NCBI GenBank assembly: GCA_965112735.1 | Contig: OZ218950.1 | Location: 2,046,001 to 2,110,000, forward strand | Reading direction: 5' to 3' | DNA length: 64,000 nt | Source: Phaeosaccion multiseriatum | Lineage: Eukaryota > Protista > Ochrophyta, other classes | In this document: positions 12,344 to 23,223 of the stretch, piece after piece | How the letters are laid out: each line of letters starts with the position of its first letter | Position numbering within the stretch: the first letter of the stretch is position 1 | Program-made: the position numbers and the translations under genes | The notes under the pieces: model-generated | The model's database searches: none | Seen by the model: only the letters and a program-made list of their open reading frames with translations | Told to the model about the DNA's origin: nothing

Positions 12344-12761
12344 CTGGAGACATGCGAAGGGGTCAGGAGGGCGTACTGGTGAAGCAGACTCATGCAGACA
12401 CGACGGACTTAGGCAGGCAGGCTCAGGCAGAGAGAGGGCAGGGTAGGCAAGGGGTAGTGAGTGTCCTTCGTTTTTGCATAGAGAAGCGCGAGCAGAGCAG
12501 AGGAAGGGGGGGGAGGAGAGGAAGGGGAGAGAGGGGAGGAAGGAGAAGGTCTGGTGGGTGGTGGGTGGGGGGGGGTGGAGTATAATAACAGAGGCGGGCA
12601 GAGAAAACTATGAATTAGCCTTGGGACAGGGTTGTAACCCCCATTTCTTTAGTGAATCTTAATTTACGACAATAATGGTATATGGCAATGAATGGAAGCC
12701 TGGTAACTGAAGTGGACTGCTGTACCTGTACCCTTGCTTGACTTGTTGACTGCCTTACTAA

Positions 12762-15700
12762 CTAGGCACAGAAAGAGTCGTCACAGTCGTCGCTAAGGTT
12801 CCAGAAGCTCGAGTCTGCCCCTGTGCCTCTGGACTCCTCCCCGTCACCCCCCTCCCCCTCCCCCTCTTTCGCCCCTACGAGGGATTCATCAAAGCCATCG
12901 CCGCCGCCGCCGCTGCTGCTGCTGCCAATCCTACCAATACTACCAATGCTGCTGCTGGTGCGGGTGCTCCTGGGGGAAGGGGCGAACAGGGCACCGGTAG
13001 TGCTCGTGCTCAGAAGGTCCAGGCCTCTCTCTATACCCTCTACACCCGCGTAAAGAGAGGAGGTGATGATGCGACGAGCCAGGGACTGTGGAGCAGCAGC
13101 AAGGCTTTCCTCCACATCCTCTCCCACTCCCTCTCCTGTCGCTGACCATCTCTTCGCTGCCTCTCCTCCAGCCGCCTCCGCCTCTCCCTCAGCAGCTGCT
13201 GACTGTCCCTCGCCCCCCCCTCCCTCTCCCCACTGTAACGACTGGTCGCTTCCCTCTACCGCTGCTGCTGCTGCCACAGTGCTACCCTCCTCTTGCCACT
13301 CCGTACCAACGTCCTCAAGGCGACGGCCCTCCTCCTCCTCCTCCTCCTTCTTCTTCTTCTTCTCCGCCTCCTCCTCCTCCTCCTCCTCCTCCTCCTCCTC
13401 CTCCTCCTCCTCCTCCTTCTTCTTCTTCTCCGCCTCTTCCCGCCCCGGCGCTCCTTCCCATCGGTCTTCTCCATTGGTAACAGCGCTGCGACGGACAAAG
13501 GACCGAGGAGACCACTCCGAGGAAGCAGCGTTGCCGCTGCCGCCAGCTTCGCGCGACTGCTGCTGCTCTATCACCAACTGCTGCTGCTGGTGGTGGTATT
13601 CCTCCTTCTCCTTCTCCTCCTTAGTGGGGTCCCGCCGTGGGGAGGGGGGGGAAGGAGGCGACGAGCAGCACCGGGCCAGGGACGAGAGAGGACGCGCAGC
13701 TGCCCGGGCCACCATCGCCCGCAGCAGCCGATGGAAGTACCGCCTCTTGTCGCTCAGGGCGCGGCGCGAGAGCACGCTGCTCAGTCGCCGGACGCCACTC
13801 CTTCTCAGCTGTGCATCCCTCTCTGCAAGCTTGGAGCGGAGGATACGACTCGCCGCCATGATCTGCGCGGCTTGGTCGCTGAGGGCTCGGATGTCCTCCT
13901 GTTGCTGCTGTTGCTGCTCCTGCCGTACGACCAGCTGCTCCTGCTGTATCACCAACCGCTCTTGCTGCGAGTTCCGCAGCATGGCGTCTTCCAAGGCCCT
14001 GACCTCAGCCCTCAGTCCCTCCGTGCGGTCCCGCTCGCGAACCAAGTCGGCGTCTTTGCCTCGTAGCCTGTCGAGAAGCGCTTCTCGCTCCCCCTGCAGC
14101 GTCTGCCTGTCGAGTTCGTGCGACTGTTCCACCTCCTCTTTGCCCTTTCGGAGCCGCTCCACCTCTTCCCGTAGCTCATCCTCCCTCCGCAGCCACTCAG
14201 CCTGCTCCGCTCGAGCCTTCAACTCTCCCTCCTCCCTCGTCCTCCCAACCTCCTGCTCCAGCTCCTGCACCCGAGTCTGGGCCTTGAGAAGGTCGCGAGA
14301 AGCAGCCTCCTGTTCGGCGCCTCTCTTGGCCTCGAGGCGAGCGAGCTTCTCCTCCACCTCCCGACACTCTCCCTCCCGAGCAGCCAGAGCTTCGGTCGCA
14401 GCACGGTCCTCACGGATGGCTTGAGCACGCAGGCTCGCATTAGCCTCCTCCATGCTCGCCTTGGCCTCTCTCTCCTTGGCTACCTGCCGTCGCAGCGAGG
14501 CAACCTCCTTGCTCAAGCGAGTCAGCTCCGCCTCCCCTGCATGGCGTCGAGCTCCTGCTTGTTCCGCCTCCTCCTCGAGACGCCGAACGGCTTCTTCCCG
14601 CTCTCGAAGCGAGGCGTTTACTTGCTCTCGCTCACTGGCCAGTGTCTGAGCATGCTCGCAAAGGCTGTCCAGCTCCCGGGTCTGCTCAACAGCACTCAAG
14701 CTCAGCTCCTTCACCCTCTCCTCCAACTTGGCGCAGCGATCGGCGCTGGCCTCTGCTTCGTCACTCATGCACTGCACCTGCTGCTGCAGTGCTTGCCGCT
14801 CTATCCTCTCCTCCTCCCGTAGCAGTCTGCCACTCTCCTCCTGCCTAGCCCGGCCATCCCTCTCCTCTGCCAAGCTCTGCTTCAGCGCCTCCACCTCTTC
14901 TTTCGAGCGCCGAGACTCCTCCTTTCGAGCGGCCTCGCTCTCCTCCCTCCGTGCCGCCGCCTCACTCTCCTGCTGCGCTTGCCTCGCTTGCTGCGCTTGC
15001 CTCCTCTCACTATCCTGTGCTTGTCTCTGCCGGAGCATCTGTAGCTCTTGCGCAAGCCCCTGCTGCTCCGACCTTGCCACATCCACCTCCACCTCCAGCC
15101 CTGCCCGCACAGACTCCTGGCGCAACAGCTCTCCGTCTGCCCAGTCCTTCGCCTCTGAGAGACGCTCTCTCTCTTCCAGGAGCGACGTCCGCTCCTGAGT
15201 CATTGCCTGGAGTGGAAAGGAAAGTACGAGGTGGACGAGGGGTGCAAAAGAGAGTGTGTAAGACGTAAGACGTGTTCCATGTCAGGGCGAAAGCTTAGGC
15301 TTATGGTTAGGTCGGAAAACTCTGCCCCCTCTGATGATCACACAAGGGTCAGACCCACCGCCCCGCAGAACAACAGAGAGAATGAGAGAGAGACGTGCCC
15401 GTGGTCCACCTGCACCTACGTACACGCACAAAACTCACCACCAGTGACCTGGCCATGGATGCCCGCCCCTTGCTCTCGGCTTGGATCGAGGCCTCCGCGT
15501 GGCTCAGCCGCAGAGCAAGCGTCTCGCTCACCCCCTCCGCCTTCTCCCTCTTCCTCTCCGCCTCCCACAACATCCGCCGCTGCTGCGCCTTGTCCTGCCG
15601 CCGCCGCCAGCCCTGCTCCTCCTCCTCCTCCTCCTCCTCCTCCTCCTTCTCCAACCCTCTGTTCGAGTCGGTAGCGTAGGCCTCGCTCCCAGCCCTCCTT

Positions 15701-17355
15701 CTTCTGCTGCGGCTCTGTACCCCGTTTCCAAAGCCCTCGCCCCCTTCATCTCCTTCCTCGCCCTCCTCCTGTCGGGGCCGGCCGAGGCCCGCCCCGTCGT
15801 CTCTTCTCAAGTCCCCCCCACACATGGACTCCGTTTCGTAATGAGCCCACTTGGGTTTCTTGCCGCCCCTGTGCGCGTAGGTGTAGTCGGCGAACTCGCT
15901 TCCCTCCGCAAGCCCCTCCCCCTCCTTCTCGTGAGCAGCAGCAGCACCACCGACCCCCCCGGTCCCGCCCCCCTCGGGTGAACCCTTCCCCGCAGCCCAC
16001 GGCCCGTCCTCCCCGTCCACCCCCCGCCCGCCGCTGACCCTCGCGTAACTCTGCTGTGAGCATGCGTATTCATGAGGGGAAGGGACCCGTCGAGGGGCGC
16101 CTTCCATCACGCTGCTCCCGCGGACTAAGCGATGCTGCTGCGGTTGCTGCTCGTAACCAAACCCTTTCTCAGCCCCGTCGCCCTCGGTCTCTCGTCCTCC
16201 CCCCTTTCCGCTGTACTCAGACTCCGGCCTGTGGTCCCTCGTCCACCTACTGCCCCACCCAGTCTCCTCCGCGTCGCCGCCTCCCCTCCCCGTCTGCCTC
16301 TCGTCGTCGTCGCTCAAAGTGAAGTCATCCTCCCCCCCATCCGCCTCTGCAGCAGCTCGTTCACCCGCAGCAATGATCCCTTCCGTACCCAAGCTGTCCC
16401 CCCCCTCGCTGTGGGAGTCCCCGCCACCAACAGTCTCTACAATGCCGGCGCCGTCTTGCTCTTGCTCGGAGCAATGTTCGGCTCCCTTTGTAAGTACATG
16501 CCGAGCCTGCTGAGAGAAATTTCTTCGGTTGTAGGAGCGAAGGAGGGCAGCTTCAGCAAACGAGGTCATGCGCTCTCCCACGCGAGCTGCATCGCTTTCA
16601 TACCGCTCCTGTTCGTGATCCTGCTCTCCACACGGCTGCTCATCCTCTGCTGCTGTTGTGTGCTCTCCTCCTCCCGCGCCACGACATTGAAATGAACTCG
16701 TGCGAAGGCCCTCGCTGCTGGTGTCGACACTTCTTGCTGCCGCGCTTCGAGATGGACCGGTGGCAAGGCCGTTCAATGCCAGTGGCGTCAAGGCGGTGCT
16801 CTTGTTCTGTGCGGTGTGTCGTACCGACGTCGATCTGCACCCTTCAAAGAGCACGACTTTGTCCACGGACTCCATGCTCTTCAGCAGACGGCAGCCTTCC
16901 CTGAAGGACAAGAGCTTCAGACTCTCGCCATTGACGCTCGACACCACATCCCCCACGCACACGCGCCGAGTGCGCTTCTGTTCGTCCCACTGGGCGGCTG
17001 TGGCATTGGAACCGTCGGAGGCGACGACTGCAATGAGCGTGGATGACGCCTCTGCGCCTTGAGCAGCAGCAGTAGACCACTTCTTTATGCCCTGAACCCT
17101 GCACCCCATCTCTCTCCTCCCCTCAATGGAGGCGGCCTCCAGCTCGAGCCCCAACGCTCCGTGGGAGAAGTGCGTCGCCGTGGTGCACAGGAGCTGCGGA
17201 TGTTGAGGTGCTGCTGATGCATCCGGCAGCTGCCAGGCTTGCTTCGCCGTGGCTCTTGCTGCCGCTGAGGAAGCGCGCAGCAGGCGAGAAGACGCCAACA
17301 ACGCCCCTGTTGAGCCAGGCGCGTTCTCATCTCCATCACCAACACCAACTGCCAT
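12762..17355 (-). CDS. Large protein with an N-terminal PDZ-like domain and a long coiled coil, 2 exons
   Basis: Exons 17355-15439 and 15206-12762 (GTGAGT..CCAG, phase 0; MARSLV|AMTQERT). PDZ-like FSHGALGLEL...VCVGDVVSSVNGESL; exon 2 begins with more than 400 aa of E/R/Q/L-rich heptads. Confidence 0.7.
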
Positions 17356-17629
17356 GTCTGGTGTGGTGTGGTGTATTTTTGACGCTCCGAACGCCCTTCC
17401 AATTCTCGTCCACTGTTCTGATCGTCCACCTCACCTCTCCTTCTCTTCAAGTAGCGCACTCATCCAGACAGAGGGCAGAAAGGGAAGGAGGAAAAACCTT
17501 TTCGTCCTGACCTCCGCGGGGCACAAACCTGCCTAAGAGTAATTATCGATGGTATCGAAATCATTTCGATCCCATCTATCCCTGACTGGACTATTGATCG
17601 ATCCCTCCACAAAAAGCAATTCCTTTTTC

Positions 17630-18427
17630 ATGATCATGTTCCATCTCATTAGTGTAGTGCTTCTGCTTGTACTCGTGTCGCTCGCAGCAGTACCAGCGGC
17701 GGCTTTTGTAGGCGGAGGCCCGGCTTTGAGTAATCATGCGCAAAGAGGCAGTGGGCGATGCAGCGAGAGCAGGGTGGCTTTGAAGATGGGATTGATGGAC
17801 TCGATCAAGAAGGCGGCCGCGGCGGCGACCGCGAACGATGCCCAGCTGCCGAGGGAAAATGCGGGCTTGAAGGGAGGGCCCAAGTATGTGAACGTCGTGG
17901 TGAACGGAAAAAGTGTTCAAGCCATTGTGAGTGAGAAGCGAGAAGGAGCTAGTTATCACATGCTTTGCCTCCCCACCGTTTGTAGTACGCTCGACCTCAT
18001 TCTTCTTTTGCCTCTCTGGCTGCGCCGCAGCCTGGTCAACCACTTGCTCGGATATGCGCAACCGCGGGCGCGAAGGTAGAGTACAACTGCAAGAAGGGGT
18101 GAGTGCTTTGATAGAGTAGTGATTTCCCCCCCCCCCCCGACCCGCTTCCTCTCTTTCCGCGAGTAGAGTCAGCGACGTGCCCTGGGCGAATAACCATGTG
18201 GAGCCAAGAGATTACAGAGCATCAAGGCAACCCCTTCCACCCCCTTCTCACGTTACCCTCTCGCCACACAAATGCTCCTCCGTCCCGCCGCTGCTTTGCT
18301 CTTTGATGATGCCGCTACTGCTCTTCCCAGAGACTGTGGCACATGTACGCAACTCGTAGACGGCAGGAAGACCAAAATCTGCCAAGCGATCGTTCCCCAA
18401 GGCGGATGCACGATCAAGGTGGCTTGA
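17630..18427 (+). CDS. Plastid-targeted 2Fe-2S ferredoxin-like protein, 3 exons
   Basis: Exons 17630-17926, 18031-18098, 18331-18427. Leader ...SLAAVPAAA-FVGG. The spliced motif YNCKKGDCGTC (C-x4-C-x2-C) plus KICQ supplies four Cys ligands. Confidence 0.85.
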
Positions 18428-18835
18428 TAAAGATAGGAGGCCTTAATTTTCATTAAAATGTAGATGTGGATGTATGTACAGCTGGCGAGCTCGCAGAAAA
18501 GTGACACGCCTCTCTCTCTTTCTCTTTCTCTGTGGAGGGAGATGTGCGTGCGTCTCCCTCTCTTGCCCCACCCCCCACCCCCCCTTTCTCTCTCCTTGCC
18601 CAAGTGGTCCCGTCCTCGCCCCCCAGACCGCGTCTAGTGCCATCTCCAGCCATACCACCAACGCGCCATGATATCCCGTGTACAGGACTGGAAAGAAAGC
18701 GCACTTCAAAGCGCCAAGAGGGCCCAGCCTCAGCCGCGAGAATAGAGCTCGTGTCAAGTGAGGGCGTAGGCCTACCGGGAGGCAGCTTAGAAGCATTACC
18801 AATTACCTACACAACGAGCAGCTTAGAAGCTTACC

Positions 18836-20806
18836 CTATGCCTCCTCTGAAGCATCCCTGGCCGCCCGTGCCCCGGAGCGGCTCCCTCCATCAATCCCCG
18901 CCGCCCTGGGCTTGATCTTCCTCGAGCGTTTCGGAATCACGTCGCAGCCCTGCTCATGACATGTGGGGTTGTTATCACAAGCGGAGACGAGAGCAAGAGC
19001 AACCCAACCCCAGCCAGGGCAGCAAGGGAGCATGAGGAAAAGTGGGAGGGTGTATTGTCAATCAATTGTGTCACATTTGCTGCCCTCCCCCCTCTCCATT
19101 GAAGCCCTGACTGACTCAGGCAAGCGGACTGAGTGATGTGTCTGCCTGCCTGAGACGCCTGACACCAGGTACTTGCTCACACCCATGGACTTACTGACGG
19201 ACTGACCTTGTGCTCTGTCTCCTGCGGGGCTGCACAGCTGGCAAGCGCCTCGTCCCACGTGTTCATAACACAGAACCAGGGGCCCTGACGCGAGCCCCGA
19301 CTGGTGCGCGAGTGGGTGTCCGGGTAGCGCAGTTGGGCCCTCCACTTGCCGCAATTGGGGTTGCAGCATTGGATCCAGCGCACCGACACTGGCTTCTTGC
19401 GCTTGCCACGTGTTGACATGCTGGCGGGCAGGCGGGACTCGGCCCGCTCTCCGCACTTTATGCGCCGCACCTTGTCGATGAAGTGACACACAGGTGAAGT
19501 GGGCATACACACGATTGGTAGTGGGTAGAGGGTAGTCGATAGTGGAGTCAAGGCACACACAGACAGACAGACACACACAGACAGACAGACAGACAAAGAG
19601 GGATGAGCATGAGCCGGGGCGTTGATTTTTCTCCTTGTGCCTCAGGTGGGTTATAGAGGGAGGGGCTAATGCGTGAGCAAGTGGTGAGGACCGGACGTGT
19701 GTTGTCTGCTTACCCATGTCCGGATGAACTTTCGTAGCTTTCGCTCTCTCGCGGTGCTCGCCTTGACCTGATCCGGACTCTGCGGAGCATGGGAGGTACT
19801 GCCTTGTCTGAAAGACAGAGCGCGACGGCAAAAGAAACGGTGTGTGTAGAAGGGGGGGAGACAAAAGAGATGCACAGAGAGAGGGACACGTGGGAGAAAG
19901 AGCAACGTCAGAGGTAAAGCGTCGCGGTAGACAGGGGGCAGTTCTGCTCCTGTACTGTCCCCAGACGACAGCGCGACTCTTGGTACGTCTCAACGAGCAA
20001 CGAGAGGGTAAACGGTGTGGGCCGCGTGCTCCTCCCAACCCTTTCTCTCGCCCCCCCCGCTTTCCCTCCCTCCCTCAGCTATCTCTCCCTCACACACACA
20101 AACACACACTCAAACACACCGGTAGTCAATTTCTGGCGCTGTGCACTGGGACCGCTCCGGGTCGTAGGTGTTCATGCGGCAGAACCATTTGCCGGGCAAC
20201 TTGTCCCTGCACGCATCCGATCGGTGGTCGTGTACGGGGGAGAGCAAGGACGGCAGGAAGGAAGGAAGAGCACGGTCAGGAGAGGTTTGCCCCGAAAAGG
20301 TTGGGGGGGATGGAGCTTCCTCACTCGCTTTAAAGCAACGGGAAGACTGGTCATACGCGCCGGAAGGAAGGAGCAACAAGAGAGGAGCATCTCAGAGCGC
20401 AAGGCACGGTTATATGCCGCCACCCCCACCTCACTCCTATTCTCCCCACTCGCTCCCAGTTCCGCAGGCTTTGCTGCCAGATGTTGCGATTGACTTACAA
20501 GTTGACGCTCTCTGGCAGCTTCCTCCACTTTGAGCAACTGTCGCACTGCACGAAGTTCTCCCCCCCTGCGGGCGAGACAAGCAGCAGCAGATCATCAGTT
20601 GTAGGAGGCACTGAGCAGAAGAGCGTAAAGGTTTCATTACGCAAGCAGAAGAGCGAGGTGCACTGAGAAACAGGGGGGGGTGAAGAGAACGAAGAAAAGC
20701 TGCAGCTGTCTCGCACTCAGGCCCGCACATTCGGCGGTGATTTGCCTCCCACACCTGTTTCTTCCCCGCTCTGGGCCTCTGACACTTTGCTGCGTGGCAA
20801 AGGCAT
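18836..20806 (-). CDS. Protein with two CW-type zinc fingers (putative methyl-H3K4 reader), 6 exons
   Basis: Exons 20806-20755, 20565-20499, 20206-20120, 19807-19714, 19470-19207, 18949-18836 splice in frame. CW1 FVQCDSCSKWRKLP..KWFCRMNTYDPERSQCTAPE; CW2 WIQCCNPNCGKWR..PWFCVMNTWDEALASCAAPQE. Confidence 0.85.
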
Positions 20807-20918
20807 TGCTCCAAAAAAAAATAAAAAGAAGGGAGCGAGGGTGTGACAAACAGAACAATGAAGCCGAAACTGAAACTGCTAAACCCAAAGTACTCCTTCA
20901 AAAAGTTAGGGGACAAAG

Positions 20919-22257
20919 ATGGGGCGACTCTGCCACCCCTCGTTGCTGCTGCTGGTGCTACTGGTGCTGGTACTTGCAGCAGCACCAGTGTGGACCTTTT
21001 CTTCGCCGAAGGTGGTCTTCTCAAAGGACAAGAGGGCCCAGGTTGGAGCAGCAGAGCATCAACACCGAGGAGCCGCTGCTGTTGGTGCTGCCGGAGCTTC
21101 AGACAACGGAGAGCTCAAGGGTGTGAATGGAGCAGTCGCTGCTGTTGGGGATGGTGTTGGTACTGCCGGAGCTTCGGACAAGGGAGAGATCCAAGGTGGG
21201 AATCACTCCGTCTTTCGCTCTCTTCTCTCTTCCTCCCCCTTCTTCTCTCTCCTTCCCCTGCCTCTCCTTCTTTGCTCTACGGCACTTATCTTACGTGGTT
21301 TTGCCTCTCTTCTTCCTCCGCCTCTACATCTCTGCCTACGCAGAAAGCGATGTGGACAACGCCTCTGCAGACACCTCTGCCCTCATCCCCCTCTTTGTGG
21401 AGAAGGACCTTGTGCGCCCGAACCCCCCCAGGAACGGCCCTCTCATTTGGTCCATTCCCTGCTTCTCCACCGCCATCTGCCTGATCGTGGACGAGAAGAA
21501 GCAGTACCACGCTGTACTGGATAGGACACCTCCCCTGGGCAAGCGCCTCTCTCAATACGGTGTGGTCGACTCCGAGCTTGACGTCATTGAAGACACTCTC
21601 TTGGGCACTCGTTTCTCTCTAAAGGACGGGTCCGTCAGGGGCGGGAAGTGGTGCCCGGGCGGGGGGTCGGCGAACATCATTACTCTCCTCAGAGCGAGGC
21701 GTGTGCTGCGAAAGGCGTCTGGCCGGGACACAAAGGGGCGAATTCGGTCCCTCGTTGCGAGAAGGTTGGCAAGGATTCCAAAAGATGTAGAGGTGTTGAA
21801 GAGAGCGTCGAAGACGAACGACCCTGTCAATGTGAGTGTACAAGAGATGTGATGTGGTTCATCACTCACATGTAGAGAAGGAGATTAAGATTGACCTGCT
21901 CTGGTGGCTTCCAGCAACCCCGCCTTGCTCCTGTGCATCTGCATGTAGAGCGTAGAACCAACCCCTCCTTCTAATCTGCTTCCCCTTCCCTTTGTGCGCC
22001 TGAACTACTCGAACTCTCGACCCTCCCCCACTGCGCTTGTTGCCCTGTCTTGTGACTCCAACCAGGAGGAGGAGGCACATCGCAGCGATGAGTCAGCGGG
22101 GGAGGAGAGACAAGCGCAGGAATTGCAGGAAGGAGGCGGTATGGAAGGGCTGGCCGTGTTTCCTGTGGTGATTACAGAGGGCGGGCTCTTGTGTCTCCGA
22201 GTTGACTTCAGCTCCCGGGCCTGGAGGAAACTCATGTTGCCACCGAAGCTTGGTTGA
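20919..22257 (+). CDS. Plastid-targeted Rieske-fold-like protein lacking canonical Fe-S ligands, 3 exons
   Basis: Exons 20919-21195, 21344-21831, 22066-22257. Signal peptide ...LAAAPVWT-FSSPK. Rieske-like segments YHAVLDRTPPLGKRL, IEDTLLGTRFSLKDGSVRGGKWCP and LAVFPVVITEGG. Confidence 0.62.
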
Positions 22258-22959
22258 GGACGTGAAATGAACTATCGAAACCGTTTTGGTGCGGTGGTAC
22301 GTGCACAGACAGACAAGAGTGACACATACACACTGACAGAGACCTTTTCGCTGGAAGCATGTGGGGAAAAAGGTGGATGGAGTACGGTACAAGAGAAGCA
22401 GGGCGCCCACCACCTTCTTTCGGTCATGAGCTCAGCAGGAAAGGAACCTCTGCAAGACGAAGGCATGACGGGCGCTCTCTCCTCTCTGCCGTACGCACAT
22501 GTCGCCTGCTTGGCAATTCTGCTTCTCCCATGCCGCCTCTGGACAGGACGGCAAAAGTCTTGCCTCTCTCCTTGAGTTGGGGCGCATTCTCTCTTGAAGC
22601 GCCCGCAACAGGGGCAAGACTCGCAAGGGAGGGCGCAGCTACCGCTCAGATAAGAGAGGAGAGGAGGAGCGTACGAACGGCCATGTACGGAATTTTTTGG
22701 GCCGAAACAAGACGGCGCTTTGCGTGCGCCTGAAGCACCTCTCCTTCTGCTGCTCGTGCCCCTGGGGATCCTTATGTGTCAGCTCTTTCAGTAGACTGCT
22801 GCACCGTCGTTTGGCGAGGGGGGGGGGGGTCAGGAGGTCCGACGGCGCGGATTTGATACCACCATAAGGGAGCTTCGAAGGAGTCCGAAGGAAAGGCCGT
22901 GTTTATCGCAGCCCATGATTAGAGCCGAGGAAGAGAGTGTTGTGGCATCATATGGGCCC

Positions 22960-22964
<5 letters not shown>

Positions 22965-23013
<49 letters not shown>
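22965..23013. repeat. (CT)n microsatellite
   Basis: Perfect dinucleotide run in a convergent intergenic region. Confidence 0.95.
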
Positions 23014-23019
<6 letters not shown>

Positions 23020-23223
23020 TTGTCGCAGCTACAAGAAAGCTGCTGCAGTTCTGATCCAGAGCGGTTTCCCAGCGCCAGCGTTGTGAGGCAACCCCCGTAC
23101 AATTATACTGCTTTGTACATCTATTTATTTTGATTATGAAGCAGAGCAATTCCTATTGCCCTGCAATGGTAACATTGCAAACCTCATTCGGTGATGACCC
23201 GTGGCACCCCAAGATGTTCCCAA

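Noticed and set aside
13063-14424. 453-aa plus-strand ORF and similar antisense ORFs
   Set aside because: Shadow frames of the coiled-coil and RIF1 exons, caused by GC-rich biased codons.
18782-18830. 13-bp direct repeat GCAGCTTAGAAGC as a transposon target-site duplication
   Set aside because: Only 23 bp lie between the copies and there are no terminal inverted repeats; a small local duplication suffices.
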